A program made the translations under genes and the position numbers. Shown in pieces: positions 55,286 through 64,000 of a stretch of 64,000 bases of DNA. Origin of the DNA: Octopus vulgaris. Lineage: Eukaryota. The stretch lies in assembly GCA_951406725.2 (NCBI GenBank), contig OX597821.1, forward strand, positions 9,362,001 to 9,426,000, written 5' to 3'. Under the pieces are notes generated by a model. It did not search any database. It was not told where the DNA came from and saw only the letters and a program-made list of their open reading frames with translations. The first letter of the stretch is position 1, and each line of letters begins with the position of its first letter.

Positions 55286-57486
55286 CTCATTCACACATAC
55301 ACATTCATACACACGCACTCACTCACACACAGATATATAGTTTAGTGATCTGTGATGCTAAGACCAGCAAAAAGTGTACTCCATTAGGTGTGAGATAAAT
55401 ATTGTTTAAGAAACAATATATATTTATGAGTTACGAATATATTCTTGCGACGAAATCATCTCAAACATGTCCGGTGCCTTCATCCCATCTTGAGCCTGCG
55501 TTCAAAAGTACTATCATTAGCATTTTTGGGTATGAATGAAGTAAAATAATGCATTATAACGTTGTAGTTATAATGCATTTTCCTTTTATATAATGCTATA
55601 AATTAATGTTTATACAATGAGTCATCAGATTGCCATTTGCAATATAATTTCATAACATTATTTATATTCTGAATTCTTAAATCTACGAAGTCGATATGTA
55701 TTTTCATCCTCCATTTTGATCAAGTTAATAAATACAAGTATAAGCTAACCAACATATCAATATTTACGGGATAAGTTAGAAGTATGAGCGAAATTCAAAA
55801 GAAAGGCTTCTATAAATCAATAATTTGCTCATTTCACTTTGATTTCAAACATGCAGGTACCCAGTGTGCCTTTGATTCCTCGGTAATTTAATCTACACAT
55901 TTACTCCCCCCCCCCCATCTGGAGGCGGGAAAGCATATTATGTAAAGCACAAAAGTCCAGGTATAATCAAACAACATCGGTGACGTGGTCTGAATCTCAA
56001 CTTTAAAATGTTGTTGATGATTAAACAGACAGTCTTGACAGATTCGATAAAACCATTTGTGACGATAACATGATTTCGTATTGAAAGAAACCCTCACCGT
56101 AGATGGCAATATATCGATGGGTTTATTATTTTATACAATTTCAGTGCAATATTGTTTGAATGCAAGTGTTTACAGAAATTGTTACTTGGAGCAGATTGAA
56201 GCAAACTTTAAAGAATACACATGATTTCTAAGTGAATCGCCGTTTCACCGCTATTTTAAATCTAATTTCAATGAAAATAAACGTAGGAATTTATCAATAT
56301 TGGCAGGCGCTTCATTGATTCCATCTTATAAAAGTCAACTCTTCAAAGCGAATTTCACCATTCTTAAAATTGTCATACCGAGGCACAATGATATAGTCCT
56401 AGATACACATACAATCGTTATAGATAGAATGAAGTTGTTGCAAATTATTTGACTCTTTCACATCATAAATTCCAAAGCAAATATTATACTTTTTTTTATA
56501 TGTTAATGACGGAAATCAATAGTGCTTATAAAATAAGAGTTGGGTGAATTTCCAGTAAAATTACAGAAAGAGGGAAATTGTATTTTCTCTTCGCAAAAGA
56601 AAACATTCATGCGAGCTAATTACTGAACATCTCGTTTCTATGGAGATATTAAGAGACTATTTTTGAGACAATTAACCTGATTGTCATCAACAAAATCGTA
56701 GCCACAATTACCTCACATACTTACATACATACCTATTTATCTATTTGACTGCCTGTCTATTTATCTGTTTGTCTGTATACGCATCAGAGGTAGCCAACAT
56801 GGAACGGAATATGGCGACTGCTCTCCACTGCCAGAGGAGGATTAGCACAATCGGTCGGCGTCTGCTCTAAAAAGGTGGTGAGATAAAAACTGGTGCAGGG
56901 GATTTGTCTGGGAGTTAAGTCCCCTGGTTAGGTATGTTGTGCCGTCGCCAAGAGTTATCTTAAAATGGAGAAAGTTTGTATTAGAAATCCGGTGTCTCTA
57001 CAGTGACGGGGTGTGTGCTATTTCTAGCAGTGCTATATGTATAATATTTTCTATGGTGGTGTAGATACATATATCGGTGTGTTCGTTCTTCTGTTTTCTT
57101 TCTGTATAAGACAAAACACTTTTTGTGTTGCTGTATATTGTCGAAGCCATCGTAGCATTTGTGAATAAAGAGTCTCTTGTATATCAACTCTGTGGATACA
57201 AAAGTATTCGTGAATTAAATCCACTAGCATATATCTCCGTAGTGTTGTTGACACCAGGTAGTCGAATACTGTGCACAAACCTTAAACAAAATAGTACACG
57301 ATGTATACCCTGTTATGAAATAATTAAGATATGTATACATACATACATATACATACATACATACATGCATACATACATATATATATATGTTTGTGTGTGT
57401 GTGTGTGTGTAAGTGTGTGTTATAGACAAGACATTAAATTTCGAATACGTTAAGACTGTATGAACAGCAGAAACAAATTTTGTATT

Positions 57487-57522
<36 letters not shown>

Positions 57523-57669
57523 TAATACACACACACATACACACACATGCATTGATACATATATAATAATATACATATAGTTGCATGTGTGAACAATAGC
57601 GTAATTTTACATGTGTGTTTATGCTTGTATACATATAATTATATATATATATATGCATAATATTTACAG

Positions 57670-57821
57670 CTGGAAACTACCACAGAGGAGATATTGGTTT
57701 TATGGTGACATTGAATCAGACTAATATACCCGAAGACCATCAACTGATTGCAATCAAAATAAATTCCTCAACTGACAATGCACATTTGGTAATTCGTCTA
57801 ATGAACTTAACGTCACTGAAG
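57670..57821 (+). CDS. Probable next exon of the CUB gene (unidentified N-glycosylated domain)
   Basis: tttacag| acceptor in phase 1, matching the previous exon. AAG|gtaaac donor (alternative TTG|gtaatt at 57788). TGNYHRGDIGFMVTLNQTNIPEDHQLIAIKINSSTDNAHLVIRLMNLTSLK. Confidence 0.6.
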
Positions 57822-59291
57822 GTAAACATAAATTTCATTATACGGACTTTTATTATCCTGTTCCAATTAACATCGTGTCAAGATTTAATACAACCCACTT
57901 TATTATGTATTGTTTGGAATCCCTGCAATATATTGCGACTACACTTCCGCAAATATTCACTTCAAACAACATTAAAAAATCCCAATTCTATTGAGGTAAC
58001 CAGAACTTCTTTTGAAATCTGTGCTAATATTTACGCCATGCCTATATCTGTAGACACATCAAATTCGGTCACTGATTTTTCGTCTGCTAGCTCCACGCCG
58101 AATCACGCACGCATTTTTGACATATAGACCATACCCCATACATGCATATTTACATATCTTTGTGTGTGTGTTAAAGTGTAGGTGCATGTATATGCACAAA
58201 CTCAGGTGCATGTGTATATACACGTATTAATATATATAGCTCATTCCCACTATTCGTTTCTGGGTATATATACGCGTTCGAGTATATTGTGTGTCCTCGT
58301 GTATTTCTGTGTACCTGCATATTCATTATCAGACATACAATAATGCAAACTCCTAGTTAACCGCGTTAGTCTGTTTCTAATGATGACTACAGAAATGCAA
58401 TATCAGTTTCTTGTATTCTTTCAGCGGAAAGCCTTTCCCCGTTGCGGACGGGAGTTGAATTTGAATCTCTTTGCATGTTGAAACTTAAATTACCCAGTTA
58501 AATAGGGTCAATTTTGGAATGGAAAATAGTTTTAGTTTCCGAAATACATTTGCCAGATACAGCAAGTTTATAATTACGAGAATTATAGAATTCTTTTTCG
58601 GAGCCTCGGATTGCGGTTGCAGGAATGCCTGCAAGTTGTAAGAAAATTACTCGGGGAAGGACTGTAGAGGTTTGTCACCTCCAATTTGTGTATAAATACT
58701 GTGTTATAATTGTATGGACATTTTAGTGCAAATATATTGTATTTTAAATTGTAAGAGGGTTAATACCTCTGTATATGGGTTTTTAAAGAACAATGATTTA
58801 GCGAAACTGAATGTCAGCGGGCGCTTTCTGTCTTCTCCCATCTTTAACATTTTTGTAACATAATCATTCGCCTCATCAGTGTCTGTGTCCAGTCCGCAGA
58901 GCTACATTGTCTATGTGCTGCCCACATGGCAAATTTAATAAATAAAAATGAATAAAAGTTGATAATTACCGATTAGCTTAATCAGGCCGAAACCAATACC
59001 AGATTGCAAACACAACTAATGAATGAAGAAATTTACACGGTCAGTTATTTGTAGGACTAGGGTGTTGAGTGTTCAAACTACGGTGCTTTCATAAAATACC
59101 ATATGATAGAGTGTGTATTTTTGCTTATAATATTTCCCTCCTAAAAGATGGGCAGATTTTTGGATTTTATATGTATAATGCAATCATGTCTTGTTCAGTG
59201 TTGATTATCTTTACACTGTGGAATACTTTTAGCAATCGAGCACAGTTTCAAGTTATGCAGCTATTGTGTGTAAAGTGTTTTGAAAGTATTC

Positions 59292-59668
59292 TTTTATTCT
59301 TTTACTTGTTTCAATCATTTGACTGCGGCCATGTTGGAGCACCGTCGTTAGTCGAGGAAACGACCCCTGGGACTTATTCTTTGTAAGCCTAGTACTTATT
59401 TTATCGGTCACTTTTGCCGAACCGCTAGTTAACAGGAACGTAAACACCGGAATCGGCTGTCAATCGATGTTGGGGGCAACAAACACAGACTCAGACACAG
59501 ACACCCACACACATATGACGGGCTTCCTTCCGTTTCCGTCTACCAAATCCACTCACAAGGTTTTGGTCGGTCCGAGAGTATAGTAGAAGTTACTTGCCTA
59601 AGTTGCCACACAGTGGGACTGAACCCGGAAACATGTGGTTGTTAAGCAAGCTACTTACCTCACAGTCA
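59292..59668 (-). mobile_element. tRNA-derived SINE
   Basis: Similar to 6400-6811. Confidence 0.8.
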
Positions 59669-61964
59669 CTCATGTTTAATATTTACTGCGATGACTCATA
59701 TATAAATAAACACTCTCACACACAAAAACACGCACACATTCACACACACAAACGAACACACAAACATATATCAAGTGAGAGAATAAGAGAGAAAGTATGT
59801 GTGTATAATATATATATAGAGAGAGAGAAAGAGAGAGGTCGAATGCGGACATCCAGATAAACAGACAGATATTTATGAGATAATGAAGAGAACGGCATAT
59901 TTTGATATCGCTTCAATTAATTCTCCACATCGTCACATCCCTAGATATTATTAACACATTGCATAATCCCTATCATCCATCAAGGTGCTAAATATGTTTC
60001 TTCGGTTTATTATTTTGAATAGCTTCTTCGTTTGGTCGTACAGCTATTTCACATTGTACAAGAAGGAGTAACCAAAATGATGGGGTATTTTCAGCAATTT
60101 GCTGAATAATCTAAACCCACAGATATTGTGACAGACAAAATACAAGTTTAATCAAATACAAAATACAAACAAATACACACACACAAAATCTCTTATGTCA
60201 AGTTAACTATAACATACAATACTGTTTATATGGTCATATTATTAGTAAGTTCAGGTGAAACAATGAGGGAACCGAATGTGTTTAGAGATAATGCCGTGAT
60301 AACTGAAAAAGACTGGCCATTTCCGTGCTGATCAAATATTTACTTGGAAATTATCTTAAAGAATCTAAGGATGTGCGCAAAGAATTGCAGAGATGTAAAA
60401 AAAAAGAATTTCGTTCAATCCATTCTCTGATATTCATTTCTTTATATAAACTCTATGGATAGTATGGAATTACTGATGTATATCCAGTGGCAAGAGTTTT
60501 CCCATTGTATGATGATATTCGGTATCCCAATATCTCTAGATTAGCTTTGCGTAGCAAACTACAAGGGTTTTGCAGAAAATATTACTGTTTCCGTACGTCT
60601 ATTGGTTAATATCAGGTGGAAAGTAGAAACTATGAGGGAATTATATTTTTTCCCGATATCCTTTTCTTAAAAGTATAGCCATCACCATGAGTTTTAACAA
60701 TATTTTTTGCATCTACCCTACAATTTCTCATTGTAACTTTTATCAGTTTTATTTATTCGCGACGTCAAATCAGCAATCAGTAAATGAATGACTTTTTTAT
60801 AACCAAAGCGTCTACAGAAATGTGTCGTTACCGTTATCTAAAGTCCAGAATATTATTCCTGAACATTCGAAAATGAAAACAGGAGGTGTTTGACCTTTTA
60901 CATGTTTATGCATCTAGAATATTTAATTATATCTCTACAACTGCGATTCCTGAGATCGTCTTCACAAGTTGTTTCTGGAAAATATTAAACTAAAGTGTAT
61001 ATGGAGAAAAGTTTTCGTGATCCGTAAAAAAATCCATATTTTATATGGTATTCCCGTATCTGATTTTCTAACTCTATTCTTGCTAATATCATTCAGAAAT
61101 TTGCGGAAACGTTGAATTCATTAACGAACAGCTGAATTAAATATCTGTTTGACAAGCGATTCTAGAGGAAAATATCAAACACTTACATAAGCTTGGTGCA
61201 AATGAATATTAATGTAAGTTAGATTTACATTTTAATACGCATAGAAAAAGATTCTCATCGCCAGTTTTGAAATCATCTATGCGCAATTTTATAACGAAAC
61301 AAAGGAACATTTACGAGATAGACTTATTTTATAATTATAGACATTGGTTTGTTGTTTGACGAGGTCGAAGATGATGGATAAGTGATATACGGCATACTAG
61401 CTCTAGCAATTATTTGTCGCTTCTTTTGTTAGATAATCCGACGATAGCTTGGTCCGAGAATTTAGATCATGCTACGTATAATGATGTGATAATTATCGGT
61501 TTTCAAAGAATATTTAGCGATAACATCAACTCGGGTTTTACTAGTCCTAAGGGTTGCATTATATAATACAGTTAAAGAACTGATTTGAGACTTAAGGAAT
61601 ACAGAAGTGACACCCATTATTAAAAATGAATAAAAAACAATAGTCCTGAGAAAGAATTCTACTTGTGTAAATCATTTGAATAGGAGTGTGTGACAAAAAG
61701 AGAAGAATAATTGCATTGCAGGCGTAGCGGAAATCATAACAAAGTGAAGATGTTAATGATAAAAACAATATGATGAATAAATAAATTCTAGACAAATGAT
61801 AAAATTAAAATTTAGTGTTCGAAAGGTGGGGATTATGAATGAAAGTGAAATAGAATTGGTAAAATAAATGAGTTATATTTTCTATGTAGTAACGCATGAG
61901 GCAAACTTTAAACGTAGACCATCAATGCGTCAACGACTGGAAACTATTATCGAAACACAATATT

Positions 61965-62092
61965 CTTTTCTGCTCTAGGCACAAGGCCCGTAATTTTAGT
62001 GGAGGGCCAGTCGATTAGATCGACCTCAGTACGCAAATGGTACTTAATTTATTGACCCCGAAAGGATGAAAGGCAAAGTCAAACTCTGCGGT
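61965..62092 (-). mobile_element. SINE 3' fragment
   Basis: GACTTTGCCTTTCATCCTTTCGGGGTCAATAAATTAAGTACC central-domain motif on the minus strand. Confidence 0.65.
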
Positions 62093-62246
62093 GATCGAAA
62101 CACTATTTCGAGTTGAAAGATGAAAGATTAAGAATTACATTACGCAAGAGAACCGTCAAACATACATTCTATGAGTATAAAGTTTTATTATTGGTGACCA
62201 GTCTGTACCTATGTAATGGCATGTATGTTTATAAGATACCATTTCC

Positions 62247-62348
62247 TTAAGGGAACATGAGAACATTTGAATATCATTAAGGACAATATGTGTGCAGTTA
62301 AGGGAACTTGTAATATCTGAATATCAATAAGGACAATATGTGTGCACT
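62247..62348. repeat. Two-copy ~51-bp tandem repeat
   Basis: TTAAGGGAAC...TGAATATCA.TAAGGACAATATGTGTGCA occurs twice. Confidence 0.75.
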
Positions 62349-63129
62349 GGTATGTAAGAAGAACGTATGAGACAGTTTGTTTTTGCTGACTTCGATATAA
62401 GGAAAAGCAAAACAATTCTACTATTCAGTATTACGTACTTTGTTGTATGTATAATAGTAATAGTAGACACCCTATACACAAAATGAGGCAAATATCCAAA
62501 GAAGCTGAAAATTTCGAATAAATTTATAAGTAGCAGAACGTGGATATTCTACTGTAAATAAATGCAGTGTGTTTTTTTGAAAGAATGTTTAAACATAGGT
62601 AGATACTAAATTTCTAAATGTTTCGCTTCTTTAAATTAACGGATTTGCTATGGTTGGCATTTATTCAAATGCTCCGATTTTTTAAAGATGTTTTTCCGAA
62701 AATATAATAATTCGTTAATCATGTGGAAAATACATGTATTTTTCGTTTCGCTTTTATCTGTTAAAAGGTAAAAAATGTTTTCCGTCAGCTGCCAATGAAT
62801 CTTAACCATCTCTACCGGAAATTTTGTGCTACGGTCACTAAGTTACAGTGCAACACAATGTAAGTGGAAATGTATTTACAATATTTGCCATTTTGGAATT
62901 GAAACTGTACAATATCATTTTATGACGGTAATATTGGAGATGGTAACAACTACAACAACAACAACAACAATGACGAAAACAACTATGTAAATATGCAGAC
63001 CATCACAAACATTACTTCCAGCTATACACATAGAAACACCACCACGCCGCTACCATAATAGCAACAATAGACACAACCAAAGAGGTAATAACCAGAGAGA
63101 TGATAGGATAGAAAGTAGTACCACAGGTA

Positions 63130-64000
63130 TAAATAATACTAACCCTTTTCACACCCTGTTCTTCAATTCATGCGATAAATTATACGATATGTGTCGTAAT
63201 TGCCCGACAAATCTACCCTTCAACAAAATATTTTGCATTACTCAACAGACAAGAGAAGGAATACAAGCACTCTTTACCAAAGCCAGCACTAAACTTAGCT
63301 TTTAGAACATTACACTAGAATATGGAGTGGCAGAGAGGCACAACAACTCGACAAGATGTCTGCAAGTGGCACGCATAAGCTCATATAGCAGCACACAAAG
63401 AGAAGGCAATTGTTTGCTTCCCCACGGACAAGTATGGCAGAATATCGATAGACAGCCTGCCGAATTACATCCAAGCGATGCAACCCCACATCAGAAATTT
63501 GTTGGAAACAACAGTACGGCAGTATGAGTTGAGAGAGTATATCCTCAATGCTAATGTGATGATGTGTTCAAACATCCTAGGGGCATAAAAGCGCACGTCC
63601 CACAACTTCCACGCCACTAATAACGACATCCCAGTACTCTATGGGCTCCGCAAGGACTATAAGGTGACCACTGACCTTGTAACAGAAGCCACCAACGAGA
63701 CTAGTCTGCAGATCCAACGTTGCCAACAACTACCGGATCTCTAATCTCCTTTCTATGATCATACGCACTCTTATCAAAATGTCCCCGGATGCGTGTGACA
63801 GCACAGAGGACCTCCTCATCTGAATAATGACTGTTACCATGCCTACGACCTTACGGGATGCATTGTAGGCAATATGGCTCTAGTATCCTTATACTCATCC
63901 ATTGATGTTGATTTTGCTGTGGATAAATATACAGAGGTGATCAGCGAGAGCGGAGTAGAGGTTCGTGGAGTTGACACAGAACAACTGGGCTTCCTCCTGA
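63130..64000 (+). mobile_element. Degenerate Penelope-like RT, N-terminal half (runs off window)
   Basis: PVLYGLRKDYK, PTRLVCRSN..NNYRISNLLSMII, CDSTEDLL, IVGNMALVSLYSSIDVD resemble PLE motifs YGLxKxHK, RPV and GSxDVxxLYPSI. Confidence 0.7.

Noticed and set aside
57822-58127. Remainder of the 141-aa ORF 57702-58127
   Set aside because: It lies after a good splice donor and is most likely intronic read-through.
58810-58882. Minus-strand CUGAUGA...GAAA-GCG-cc-CGC-U
   Set aside because: Position 17 would be G and stem I does not pair.
60200-61900. Microsatellite-free unique stretch possibly coding or a decayed transposon
   Set aside because: No open frame, motif or phase-0 exon that I could support.

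Overview
Eukaryotic, AT-rich, microsatellite-saturated genomic DNA. The SINE families and dense (TA)n/(CA)n/(TATG)n tracts suggest a coleoid cephalopod such as Octopus (inference). Almost all ORFs in the supplied track are microsatellite artefacts. The one host gene I can support is on the + strand: six phase-compatible GT-AG exons (18872-20065, 26570-26679, 34652-34919, 43463-43651, 47061-47234, 57670-57821). They encode a furin site, a Ser/Thr-rich mucin-like stalk, three CUB domains and the start of an unidentified N-glycosylated domain. Its first and last exons were not found. Flanks and introns contain decayed CR1-like and R4/Dong-like LINEs, mariner relics, Helitrons (one with a PIF1 helicase), tRNA-derived SINEs and three Penelope-like element (PLE) coding relics. 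The most interesting signal is non-coding. At least five unrelated short element families, mostly embedded in (TA)n and showing inverted ends, carry type I hammerhead ribozyme (HHR) folds. They include a ~558-bp tandem array with one HHR per unit (retrozyme-like), a head-to-head double HHR palindrome, and an HHR whose core C3-G8 pair is swapped to G3-C8 inside a TSD-flanked insertion. A ~1.1-kb decayed, viral-glycoprotein-like stretch lies antisense in one intron. All RNA folds and homologies were assigned by eye, with no searches or folding programs run.
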